Shown here: positions 1 through 13,112 of the stretch, piece by piece
Position numbering within the stretch: position 1 is the first letter of the stretch
How the letters are laid out: every line of letters starts with the position of its first letter
From: Chrysomallon squamiferum
Taxonomy: Eukaryota > Animalia > Mollusca
DNA: 64,000 nt
Reading direction: 5' to 3'
Assembly: GCA_012295275.1 (NCBI GenBank)
Contig: CM022668.1
Coordinates: forward strand, 310,001-374,000
The notes under the pieces: generated by a model
Database searches by the model: none
The model's input: the letters and a program-made list of their open reading frames with translations, nothing else
What the model was told of the DNA's origin: nothing
Program-made: the position numbers and the translations under genes

Positions 1-497
1 CTATCACTGATTTTTAATTGCTATTTATGTAGTCAGAGCAGTGATCTGTGAAATGACCTTTTCTATTTTTCATGAAGTGCTTGTTGATTTATTTCCCTTT
101 CCAGTTAAAGATCATTGTACGACTATTCTGCTTTATGGTTACGTAGATTATTAACATTCGCTTTTATTAAAATAAAAAAATAAAAACAAGAAAAACAAGA
201 GAAAAAAAATCTTTAAATGTTTGTCAAAAATCCATGTTCTGACGAAATTAAAAGCCGCAATTTAATTAGTTAAGCATTCATATATATACATATGTTTACT
301 TATATATATACCAATATTTTATTTTACACAGATGAGAAAACTAATTACAAATGCACAGGAGGACGGGTCTTGCATTTTAGGAAAGTGGACGCTATCAATA
401 TATTGGTTGAACTTTCAGCATTAAATAAATGGGGTGGGTGTGGAAATCTGTTGATAACTATTTTTGTTTATTGTATGTTCCTTTCTAGTCTCCACCA

Positions 498-716
498 CCG
501 ACGTCATCTAGCCCCGCCGCATTAAAATATTAGTGAGACAAGGCAAATGGCGCAATGCGTAATTTGGTTTACTCATGAACGTCTGAAATATGGCAACACG
601 TGACAGCTTAACCGGAGTGAAGGCTGAGGCAATCCATCATGTTGTAGCAGCAACGTTGAAAAGAAAATATTTATTACTGGGTTTTTACCGCACAGAGAGG
701 AATAGAGCGGATTCAG
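498..716 (+). promoter_or_regulatory. Putative promoter and non-coding first exon, probably of the bestrophin gene
   Basis: Locally CpG-richer patch with GACGTCA (~500), a GC box GCCCCGCC (~510), YY1-like AAATGGCG (~545) and E-box CACGTGAC (597-604), followed by a strong donor CAG|GTAAGA at 716/717. The link to bestrophin is inferred. Confidence 0.45.
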
Positions 717-792
717 GTAAGAGTTCCTTTTGTACTTAGTAAAGTTACTAACTTGTGAAATAAAGTGTTAAAAGTAAATTTTTAAATGTAAC

Positions 793-827
<35 letters not shown>

Positions 828-1669
828 TCATCACTGTTGATACCGTCGTCGTTTTTGTATAATAATGATCATCAAAAATACATCTGGAATTTACTGTACC
901 TGCTTGTGTCAGTTTGTACCATATTTCTTTAAAGTGTTAGGATATTTCACAAACATGCAAACTTAACATTATTTTAGCCAACAGAAAGTTACGTAAAGGC
1001 TTCTTTTTAAAATATATTACTGCTTTAAGTGTAATTTTATTTCGAGTTACATTGACTATCAATTAATCATTTCTGTTTTAAATATTTTCATTTATTTAAT
1101 TTAAAATGTTTAGCTAATTCAGTTTAATGCATTATATACATGTACATACACATACACACATATATACATACACACACATATACGTATGTTAAGAATCTAT
1201 ATTCACACACATGTAGACAGACAGAGAGAGACAGAGATAGATAGATAGAAGATAGATATATAGATAGATAGACAGATTAGATAGATATACGCACATTTAC
1301 ATAAAGGACAAATCATTAACTGAGACATAATTAAATATGTGCATGTATTTCCTTGTCGTTATAAAATGTACATATATAACCATTATCTGCGTCACGAACA
1401 ATAACTTTTAGTTTTATTCTTGAATAACCTGTTTGTAAGACGTAAGGTCTGTTTGTTATTAAAGAGTTTTTACACAAACTGTAAAAAAACTAATTACATA
1501 TATATTTAAACAGCTAATTCCATTCGCTGTAAAAAGAAGGTATATCAGCTATAAAATTATTTTACCAGAAAATGAACAAATCAATACACATATAAACACA
1601 CTGCACTGGGAAAAAGTAACAACATGAAAAAGAAAGAGAAATAAAGTGAGAGATTAACAGAAAGAGAGG

Positions 1670-1672
<3 letters not shown>

Positions 1673-1740
<68 letters not shown>
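1673..1740. repeat. (GA)n microsatellite
   Basis: Pure GA dinucleotide run. Confidence 0.95.
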
Positions 1741-1743
<3 letters not shown>

Positions 1744-1883
1744 CGTGTAAAGAAATTAGCTTAATTAATCAAATAAATGAGTGTTTATTAAAGTTGAACA
1801 TATTTTTATATTTTCTGCACAAGCACGGGATAACGTGTACCATATAAATATATGCTGTTTAAAGAGCAGTAGCAGTGCCACGT

Positions 1884-1917
<34 letters not shown>

Positions 1918-2439
1918 TAGCTTGAAATAGTCGCTAGAGAACGTACGTAATTCGAATTTCAAGCATTTTAACTTGAGCTACCTGTAAAAACTAAAACACA
2001 TTTTAAAATTTTATTTCACCAGGAGAGGAAGTTTGATTGTCTGGACTTTTACATTATTACTGGCGAAGAATACTCCACAATTTTTTCTGTTGTTTAGTTA
2101 ACAAAACGTCACTAAAATATGTTATTAAAAGAATTAATGTTGCTGCCAGTACGGTTTTGATGTTGTTATGAAATTGAATTATTTTTAACCACATTTAATT
2201 AATGGAATGTATAAATTATTTCTAGTGAAAAAAGATCTTCCACATAATATGAATACACACACATATACACAAGAAAGAAATTAATGTAACATACAAAAAA
2301 TAATAATAATAATAATAATAACAATAATAATAATAACAACAATAGTAAAATAAATACATAAATAATATTTTTCTCTCTCTTTCTTTCTTTGTCATCGTAT
2401 GTTATTAGGTTATTAATATTATTATTAAAGAATGTTTAA

Positions 2440-2441
<2 letters not shown>

Positions 2442-2505
<64 letters not shown>
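2442..2505. repeat. (TC)n microsatellite
   Basis: Pure TC run; source of the spurious SLSL/ERER ORFs. Confidence 0.95.
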
Positions 2506-2510
<5 letters not shown>

Positions 2511-3811
2511 ATATATCTTTCGGTCTCTTTGTTTCTCACTTTGCTTTTCTTTCTTTTTTCTCTCTTCCTCTCCATTTTCTTCTTTCTTTTCCTTTTTTTT
2601 TTTTTTCTCAGTATCTTTTCGTCTTCCTCTATCACTGTCATTTTCTATTTTAATTTATTTATTTATTTAGTTTACCCTTTAAAAACTCAAAAAACCCAAA
2701 CACATATTACGTATTTATAAATGCACACAAAAATAATTCTATCAACTTTCTACATATAATTTCCTCTCGCATGCAACGCGTACGGCTACGTGAAAGTTAA
2801 AGGTAATTTCAAGGCATTGTTTTTTTTTGTATGTGTTTTTTTTTTATTGTGATCTTTGGGAACGTAAAACAGAAATGTACGACGTATAGGCACTAGACTG
2901 TATTCCAGGTTTAATCATTTTATATTTCACAATCACTCCAGATCAAACTTTTTATTTAAAGCAGATAAACATGCACATACTAATATACGTATACAAATAT
3001 ATAACCACACATACATACACATGCATACATACATACTTTCACACACACATGTACATGCATATATCCACTAACCCATACACACACACATACACACACACAT
3101 ACAAACACATTCATACACATATAAACATGTACACACCCACATAGGAGAAATACGAAATTATTTCCATATACATATTCACACATACATGCATACATAATTA
3201 CATACGAATCACATATACATAAACACACGTACACATACTGACATATACATTTACAGTCTTTTATTATGAAGCTTTAAAACACGTTTTTTATCTGTAAAGT
3301 TTAACGTCTGTTTTAGACTTTGGCAAGTTTGTGTCGATTAACACTATTTCCAGATGACTAGAGAAATTACACATGTTAAACTGAAGTACAATGGACTCAT
3401 TCTTTTAAAATCAAGAGAAAAAAACCGACCCATACGGGCCACGAAAGCATACATGACAAGACAACCTGATATTAACGTGTCAGCTTTTGTTTAATTACAG
3501 CTGTGTGTAAGTATATATATATTACGTTTTCAAAATATGGATTTAATTTTTTTGAAGAAAGGATGTACACTGGATTTAAATATCAAGGCAAGGGAAGAAA
3601 CGGAGGTTTTGAAGAGATTCTAATAATACTGTTATATTATTGTAAAACACCTTTACATTTAGATAAACATATAGTCACAGATATATTTATTTATATATAA
3701 AATTAAATGATATTTACGTAATACAAATAACATTTCATAAATTTGTTTTATGGTTTTCTGTAACAAACTGCATAAAAAGTGCTATTAAAACTAACTGAAT
3801 AACACACACAA

Positions 3812-3853
<42 letters not shown>

Positions 3854-3934
3854 CCACACACACACAAACACTAATGACAGTTATATAAAATAGCTTACAG
3901 CGGGTTTTGGTAGAAATCTATGTAGGGATTATTA

Positions 3935-3938
<4 letters not shown>

Positions 3939-3998
<60 letters not shown>

Positions 3999-4072
3999 GT
4001 GGCGTCCTATGTACCCCCGACAGGATGGTCCCATGTTAAACTGGAAACTGAATTCTAGAAGAAGCTAATTAG

Positions 4073-4167
<95 letters not shown>

Positions 4168-4208
4168 GTGGCGTCCTAAGTACCCCGACTGCTATAGATC
4201 CGCCCCTA
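3939..4208. repeat. Duplicated (GA)n + GGCGGTGGCGTCCTA(T/A)GTACCCC unit
   Basis: Two GA runs (3939-3994, 4075-4163), each followed by the same ~27-bp GC-rich motif. The second copy ends in AGATCCGCCCCT, a TIR-like end. Confidence 0.75.
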
Positions 4209-5359
4209 ATTTGTTACCTGCAAGTTTAGTTAACAACGAGGATAACTGTGGAGGAAAACAGTTTAATTCGATAATCAGTCAATCTCAAATTGTTACCTGT
4301 ATAATAAAATCAAATGTTGATCAAACAGGTTATATATACATCTGTGCATGTACATGTTACTTACCTGTAGTTATCTGATTTTCAGCGTTGACGCTATCTG
4401 GATATATGTATGTATGTACCATTGTATGTACGACGTACATGTGTCTACATAATTATGTATGTAATGTTTATGTGTACGTATGTATATAAGTCTCTGTGTA
4501 CATGTCTAAATGTGTGTGCATTTATACTTAAAACAGTGATGTTACGTAAAGACTAACTAGGTAGAAGCCTTGAGCTCAAATCTCAATTCTTTACATTTAC
4601 TTCTCTAGATCTAGTAGGGCTTGGTGTTCATATAAGGTCTCGTCTAAAGCTCCTATTGTTCAAATCGCTACCAGTCTCCGTACATAATTATATAGGTATG
4701 AATCCAAGGACATGGGGTTTGGAATTTCGTTTACGTGAAAGTATGGATCTGTATATTTTCAGATAAAGAGGTTGAAGATGCCACTATATACCATAAGATC
4801 GCATAACCACATTATGCATACATACACTCTCTCTCTCTCTGACACACTCATACACACACAATAATAACACAGCTGTATCCTCACACACACCTACAATCAC
4901 ACCACATCCATACCCAAATATACACAAAACTTAATTCTCATAAAATACAAAAATAAACAACTACATATTCATATACATATTATATATAGGACTAAACAAC
5001 TCTCATACATACCCATATACCCATATAGACATGTACATACACACATGCCAATATATACCTGGATACAGTTAACCTTTACACACGCACACATACACACTAA
5101 AACAGGTCTGTCATTCACGTTTGTGCAAGTATGTCACAGTGGAATCCCGAGTCACTCTGTTTTGATTTACATCCTACAGTGTTAGATATTTCAAGCACAT
5201 GTCACAGATAAATGTGTATTACATTTTTACACATCTCTGTTGTTCATTGTACCAAGTGGATGACGTGTTTTTTATTTTATTTATTAACTAACACATATGA
5301 CAAAAACTTAGGGACAGATCTATCTGTAAATTTAGAGGTGTCGATGGAAAGATTTAAAC

Positions 5360-5624
5360 CAGGCATGGGCAGCCTTTACGAAGAAGCGGTCCATCCTCAG
5401 GCGGTACTAATTTAGGCGGTTTTGTGTGTTTTCGTAGAGTTTATTTTAAAAAAAAATTCATTTTCATTTACTTCAGAAACTGTTATAAAAATAAAATTAC
5501 GTGTTTTAGTATGTTAGTAGATACAAAGTAGACTCATGTTATAATATTTGAATTAACGTTATTTTCCTTGTGAAATTAGACAGCCACTCAGAAAGCCGCG
5601 CGGGCCGCAGTTTGCCCATGACTG
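5360..5624. mobile_element. Non-autonomous hAT MITE (Buster/Charlie-type), 265 bp
   Basis: TIRs CAGGCATGGGCA / TGCCCATGACTG (1 mismatch); exact 8-bp TSD ATTTAAAC at 5352-5359 and 5625-5632 with central TA. Confidence 0.92.
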
Positions 5625-5755
5625 ATTTAAACGAAGAAGGATGAAAGAATTATGGAATAATAATAATGATGATGATGATGATATGATAATGTTCAGGTTT
5701 CTTTTTTTTTACCAATTTTGGCTGCTGTTACTATTATTGTTGTTTTTGTTGTTGC

Positions 5756-5794
<39 letters not shown>

Positions 5795-6014
5795 AGCTTT
5801 AGAAATAAATGGAATATAGATTAGCAATTTCCTGAATGACGTAAAACTTAGCATATGCCTACAGTTAATTTATTAATACAAAATTTGATATAATAATAAT
5901 AGTAATAATAATAATAACAACAACAACAACAATAACAATAAAACAACTACAACTACAAAAACAAGGACAGCAGCAGTACCAATGGTAGCAATGACAACAA
6001 CACAAAAACTATCC

Positions 6015-6047
<33 letters not shown>

Positions 6048-6278
6048 GAAGAAGAAAGAGTATGAAAATAAAGGAAAAGAAAAGAAAAGAAAAGAAAAAG
6101 AAAGATAGAAAAAGAAGAAAAAATCCAAAATAGGAAAACAAACATTAATAACAATGGAATCAAACGTAAATTAATAAAATACATACCTAATAAAGAACAT
6201 TGTTTCAATAAAGTATTCTTGTTTTGTTAACAACGCAATGAAAACACGTGATTATAATAGAACAAAGTAAATACGTCA

Positions 6279-6317
<39 letters not shown>

Positions 6318-6983
6318 TTCGCTGTTTCGCGTCGTGTCTACGTCTTGTGAAAGGAAATAATTTATCACATGTTTTTTTATCCTTCTTAAACCTGTCAATC
6401 AGTTTAAAGTTATGTGTAAATTAAAACTATATATAAGATTCAGGTCAAAAGGGTCATCTAATAATGGAACAGAAATAATGACGTAGCGTAAGTGGGGTCA
6501 GCCGGTCAATGAAAGGACAGATATTTTCGATCAATCAAATTCATTGTAATAAATTACCTTAATAGAAATAGTTGATATTCATAAATCACAGAGATAGAAA
6601 CATGGTTATCTGATAAATGATGGTAACTGTTCCAATACAACTTTGTATAGACACAAAAATTAACTGTCAAAGAAAACATTACTGGTTTAAACCGTAGTGT
6701 TTGCTATCATTATTGTTGTTGCTGTTGCTGCTGCTGTTGTTGTTGTTGTTCTTCTTCTTCTTATTATTATTATTACTGATGTTGTTGTTTTAATCCTAGG
6801 GACGACCATTCCTTGAAACCCTGAATCGTCTAAAAAAACTTCACCCTTAATTATAGCAGGAAAAACAAGTTCATTTTCTTTGTTTAATACAGATACAACT
6901 CCGTAGAGCAGAATACCATGATTTCCCGCCCTTTCTAGAGTACAGACTGACGTCGGGAATGATAGAACTATGAACGTGTTACC

Positions 6984-7758
6984 ATGACGATCACGTATCA
7001 GTACCGCGTGGCCACAGCATCACTAGGAGGGTTTGTCAAATTGCTGGGGGCATGGAAGGGGAGCGTATACAAACTCATGTACAAAGAGATGGTTTTGTTT
7101 AGCGTCTTCTATACCGCTATTAGTCTTGTGTATCGTCTGCTACTTAGTGAAAATAACAGAAGGTGCGCCATTTGTATTGGTGGAATGTTTTTAATTTCGG
7201 ATTCCAAACATTAAATCAGTTTCTCACGGAATTTGTTTTCGCACATCATATCAAATAAATATGAAGAATATATTGTAATTTTAATCCTAATATTAATTAT
7301 TTTTTTTTTTCGTTTCATTGTTTATTTTTTTAAAAGCAAGATATAATGTATATATAAATGTAAAAGAATATTAACAGTATTTTTATAGTCAATTTACTAG
7401 GAATAAAAAATGTATATATAAATAATAAAACATAGCTTAAAAATGTAAATATTTTCAAATAATAACCAAAGCCTATTCTGTAAAATTAATCATAACATTC
7501 TTGGTCTAAATAACAGTTAGAAACTAATTCAGTATATTTTCTAATAAGATACTTTTTAAATTATTTTTCAGAATATTTGAACAGATAGCTATTCACTTCA
7601 ATAGGTTCACAAATCTCATTCCTGTTTCCTTTGTTCTCGGATTTTTCGTCACAATTGTTGTTGGTCGTTGGTGGCAACAGTTTATGAATGTACCCTGGCC
7701 TGATAGGTATTATTACCCTTCTCCTGCTTTTCCTCCTCTGCTCCTCATTCTTCTTCTT

Positions 7759-7789
<31 letters not shown>

Positions 7790-8078
7790 TTATTATTATT
7801 ATTATTATCATCATTGTTAGAAGTAGTAGTTGTTGTAATAATAGTAGTAATAGTATCATTTACGACTCGTATAACAATTACTCCAACTACAAAAGGAACA
7901 ACAGCTACTGTTACCACTACAACTACTGTAACAACAACTACTACGATTACCATTACAAAAGCAACTACTGGTGTTGCATATCTTATTGTTAGTTATGTAA
8001 TATTAATGTTGTCCTTGTTGTTATTACTATTATTATATTGTTCTTTTTTAATTCAATTTTGAAAAACGTAGTCGATTA

Positions 8079-8161
<83 letters not shown>

Positions 8162-10842
8162 TTTTATTTTATTATTATTATTTTTTTTTCAGGACACTTT
8201 TCATACTGAACACGTACCTGCACGGACATGATGAGAGGGCGCGAATAATGCGACGTTCCGTGGCTCGTTACATGTTGTTTGGACTCATTCTAATCTGTCG
8301 GTCCGTCAGTGTGGCTGTCATGAAACGATTTCCAACCATTGACCACATCTGTGAGGCAGGTAACAGGAAAACAAATCAAGAACATCCAGCATAGATATGC
8401 ACACAAATAAATAAATATATTGTTAGTGAAGAATTCTTGATTCTTCTCAGTTAAAATCTTCTATCTGTGTTTGGCGATTGAAAAAATAGTAGAATGTCAC
8501 ATAATTATACAAATATATCAATATCCGCTATCAATGTTATTAACTGCAACGATCTCTCTTTTTTCTTACATAGAAAATATTTATTAATTGCATAGAAAAT
8601 GATATACATGTATTTAAAATACAATATTGATATATTTTCAATATCTGCCTTTATGATTTAGAATCTTTTCACTTCAAATTAAGTAGGCCATTGAAGATTT
8701 AATTTAATTAATGGGAGAGAAAGAAAGAAAGAAAAAAGTCAAAGATAGATATAGAGATAGAGAGACAGAGAGAAAGAGAAATATTTCGCTGCATTTTGTG
8801 TTCTTTTTAATATTATATGTATGTGTTCTTTCAAAAGTGTGTTAAAGAATGCTTATGACAGTGTATTCAAAAATAGAAAAATAATAAAAGAAAATACGTT
8901 TATCGTTATTATCCTCTGTTTCTTCTTATTATTATTGTTGTTGTTGTTTCTGCTAAGGTTTTATAACAAAAGATGAAGCTGTGGCTTTTGAAGAGGCACA
9001 GTGCGAATATAACAAATTCTGGGTACCACTCATCTGGGCCAACAGCATCCTCGTGAAGGCTCGCAAAGAGAACAAAATAGAAACAGACTTTGGCCTGAGG
9101 ATGGTCATAGAGGTAATTAATAAGACCTCGCATTTATTCAGTCAAGAAAGAAGGAATTTCTTGTTATAAACCAAGACTTTTATAAAATATTATTGTTATA
9201 TCATTTCATAATGGCTGAAATAAATTATTTTAGTATTATTTATATCAAATTATATATACTTAAAAAAAAAAATAAAAAAAAATAATAGTAATAATAATTT
9301 TCAAAAATTGTTTGAATTAACCAGTGATATTTAATTAAAACTTTGAATTGAAAATTTGCACGAGCTCAACAAATAAAAAAGAATAAGTTTATTTATTTAT
9401 TTATTTATTTACTTATTTTTAGCAACTTGCTGATTTTCGAGACAAGTGCTCTCTTTGTTTTGTTTATGACTGGATCAGCATTCCTCTTGTTTACACACAG
9501 GTAGGTTACAGATGTAGGTACATTTTTTGTTTGTTTTTTGGTTTGCAAGATTTTACACAGCGGTGTATATGGTTTTTATTACATTGTAATATAGACAGTG
9601 TTTTTGTTACAGATAGTGATGTTAGCTGTGTATATATTGTTTATTACAGGTGGTGACGTTGGCGGTGTATATGTTTTTTTATTACATTGTAATATAGACA
9701 GTGTTTTTGTTACAGATAGTGATGTTAGCTGTGTATATATTGTTTATTACAGGTGGTGACGTTGGCGGTGTATATGTTTTTTGCTGCCTGTTTACTTGGT
9801 CGTCAGTTTCTAGACCCGACACAGAACTACGACGGCTACGAATCTGACTTCTACATTCCCGTCTTCACCTTTTTACAGTTCTTCTTTTACATGGGCTGGC
9901 TCAAAGTAAAACCTCTTTTCTTCTTTTTTTTTTTTTTTTTTTTACTTAATTTGACATTTTAATATTTTCAGTAAGCCTATATGTATTCCCCCCCATATTT
10001 GTGGGGGGGGGTCGTCGTAATGGAGGTGGTTTCGTTCTTTTGAACATAGACTAGCTCAAAATGAGATTCGTTTTATTTATTTATTTATTTATTTATTTTT
10101 AATATTAATATTATTACAATTTAGTAATAATTATATCTCGCAGATTACTTTATTCATTTTATGATTACAGATATAGTATTACTGTGAATTAAAAGTTATA
10201 GAACTTGCTCTTTGTCTTCACCATCAGGTGGCAGAACAGTTGATCAATCCGTTTGGAGAAGATGACGACGACTACGATATTAACTGGCTTATAGACAGAC
10301 ATACAGCAGTACGGATTTAAAATAATAATAATAATAAAATTATATTTCGCATGTTTTAAAAGTCTATAACAATCTACAATAAACAGAATTAAATAATACA
10401 GTAATTCACCCATCAGCAAGTCTGAAATGCTGAACAACCGAAATTCAATACGGGCACCAGCCAGAATTAATTTTGGAGATGGAAACCAGAACACAGTCAG
10501 ATTTAACTAACGCAAACAGTCACGGTGATGTAGTGGTTAAACAATATGGCTTACGCATTGTAGCTGCTGATCTCAAGCCTCGCAAGGAATCATGCACTAT
10601 TTCATGAGTATTGTTTAAAATTCGGTTAACGTACTAACTCTAAAAATGAAGTGTGCAGTTATAGAACACTGTGGAATTGTGTACCCATAACAAATGTGCT
10701 TGAATATTAAACTTAGTAATTTTTATGTCAACTGAATAAAATACAATAAAATAAAATGATATAAAATACAATAATAACAGAAGCAAAAGAAACAATAACA
10801 ACAACAAAAAAAAAAAAAATTAAAAAAATCCCAACAAAAACA

Positions 10843-10906
<64 letters not shown>

Positions 10907-13112
10907 CAACAACAATGAGAAGGCGATAATGATCACGACAATAACAAAATAATATAATTAAAATTATTTTTATTTTTTCTTTGATTGCTATATTTTGTTT
11001 GTGGCTTATCAAAATAACTAATATTTATATATAAAATTTTAGGTTGCTTTTTCCATGGTTGATCAGTGTTACAACAGTCACCCGCCTCTGATCAGAGACC
11101 AGTTCTGGAACGACGTTGTTGTAGCTGATCTCCCGTACACCGAGGCATCGCTGTACTCCAAGAAACCCATCTTCATGGGGTCAACATACAATATTACGTT
11201 AGTGATTATTATTTAAATTTGTATTTGAAAAATAAATAATTAGTTCCTTATATTTTGTTATTAATTGAATATGAAGTGTTCAAAATTAAGATCAGTATTT
11301 GGAAATGAAAATAAATTATTGTTAACATCAGACATCAAATGAGTACTATCTGGAATGTGAAACAATGACCTCGCTTTGGAAGTGTTTTAAATTAGGTCGA
11401 TATCATGTCTTCTCTTTTACATATATTTTTAAATGTGTAAATAGGTAGAAATGCTTTGTTTATGTTTATCCATTGTTTCCATGGCAGCCGCTCGGAGTAT
11501 GAAGATCAGAGACTGTTTGTTCCGGACATGCGTCGTAGAAGTAAAAGTTCGATGGGCAGTTTCTTCTCAGGTTCTCTTCTCAGTCTATTCCAAGGAAGAC
11601 AGTAAGTTTTGCCTGTTGTCTGTACTAGTACATGTGTGTGTCTGTGCGTCTGCATGTCGCTGATTTGTAACCTATAAACATACTTCAGTGAAACTTTCCA
11701 TTCTTTCATAAATTTGTCAATCTTTGCATCATCTAATTTCCTATCATTCTATATGCCCAGTCGTATGTCCAGCAACACATTTGTGGATTTAAACATATTT
11801 GCTTTTATATTCACCTGTCCATCCATCCAGCCAGCCAGCAATTCATCTATCATTGGACTACATTTTAATTTATGTTAAATGACAAGATTTTAAAATAGTT
11901 TTCATTCCGGATTGGTGGCATAGACATTCACACACGTACGGACGCCTATGCATAGAGGCATGCACAGACATAGAAACAGATACGCACACACAACATACTC
12001 AGACAGATCCATACACATATAAAAAAATTAAAATTAAAAAATTAAAGATTATAAGAAATAAACAACATTTTATAAATTTTATTTTAGAAAAGGTTTCGGA
12101 TCACGTGATACTCTCCAGTCGTACGTTGGTCATGGCAGTCATCTTGAAAAACGTTCATACTCTATGACGAATGGAAAAGCGATGTATCTTCAAGTTCCAA
12201 CTGTGATGACAAATTCGGAAAGACGTCGACGTGCTTCGATAGACGTTGCCGAAATCAACATCAGAAATAATGTCGTACAAGACGACACAGTGCAAGAGGG
12301 ACGTGCACGTGCACATACTGATCACAGCGACAGAGAGGCAGAGCTTAGTAAACATTTAAATGAAAAACGTAATAATTCAGTTACGGCAAATCACATCAGA
12401 AACAAAACATGTCTGAAATCAACAGATCAGCTTCAGCCACAGACTCCCTCAAGGTAGGTCTAATCTATTCCAATTTTAGTTAAATATACACGCACCGAAC
12501 AGGTAAACTTTCTGAAATAACATTCGATTTCATACTCTTTTTCTTATATAAATAACGGCCTATTTCGTTTATGGGAATTCCTACCCAAGAGTTATTTCTG
12601 TTTAACAAACGAACAAAAATAAAAATCACACGAACCAACAAACCGAACGAATAAATTTAAGGAAAAAAGAAAAGAAAAAAGAAAAAAATATGATAGAATT
12701 AAAAAAAAGAACAATTAAAAAACAAATCAGTCAAGACCATAGTCATAATAATAGGTGTGGAAATATTTTCAGTTTCAGGTTTGTCGTTGATCTCGTACCA
12801 GAAGAAGAAGTAACATCTACTCACAGTAATAACAGCAGCACCACTAATAACAGTAACAGCAGCAGCAGTACAAGAAGGAGTGGTCAAACTATGATTGACA
12901 AGCAATTTGGAAAGGCCGTGTCGCGGGCACCAGTGCTCTCAGCTATTGAAGAGGGAAATACAGTGACTAGTATGAGACAGTTTTTAATGGAGCCAGAGAC
13001 CGGAAGCGATTCAGCCTCGTTTTCAGATGTATTTGACGACGACCAGGGTCTGGGATTATTATCAACTACAGGCGATTCGTCAAGCGTGCATTCGTTAGTG
13101 AAATTTAGTTAA
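6984..13112 (+). CDS. BEST: Bestrophin (Ca2+-activated chloride channel), ~638 aa
   Basis: Coding exons 6984-7162, 7572-7706, 8193-8359, 8958-9112, 9423-9500, 9753-9905, 10228-10308, 11043-11197, 11488-11601, 12088-12453, 12779-13112; all GT-AG with frame preserved (1917 nt). Motifs [71 protein letters not shown]. The last three exons (divergent C-tail) are less certain. Confidence 0.96.
9560..9782 (+). repeat. ~103-bp tandem duplication spanning the bestrophin exon 6 splice acceptor
   Basis: TTATTACAG|GTGGTGACGTTGGCGGTGTATATGTTTTT occurs at 9641-9680 and again at 9744-9782, with near-identical upstream sequence. Confidence 0.9.
10519..10715 (+). mobile_element. Degenerate tRNA-derived SINE-like remnant in a bestrophin intron
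   Basis: A-box-like GGTGATGTAGTGGTTAA head; tail resembles, from memory, gastropod SINE tails (GTGCTTGAA). B box not recognisable. Confidence 0.35.

Noticed and set aside
1765-6208. Short ORFs rich in poly-K/F/L, ER, SL or CV
   Set aside because: Translations of microsatellites and homopolymers; the same applies to similar ORFs at 7561-8062, 10728, 39197-39457 and 42684-42915
9988-10010. C7-loop-G9 mini hairpin in a bestrophin intron
   Set aside because: Short homopolymer pairing with no supporting context
11451-11663. Listed 70-aa ORF as a coding exon
   Set aside because: The bestrophin exon 11488-11601 is read in a different frame, as required by the flanking intron phases
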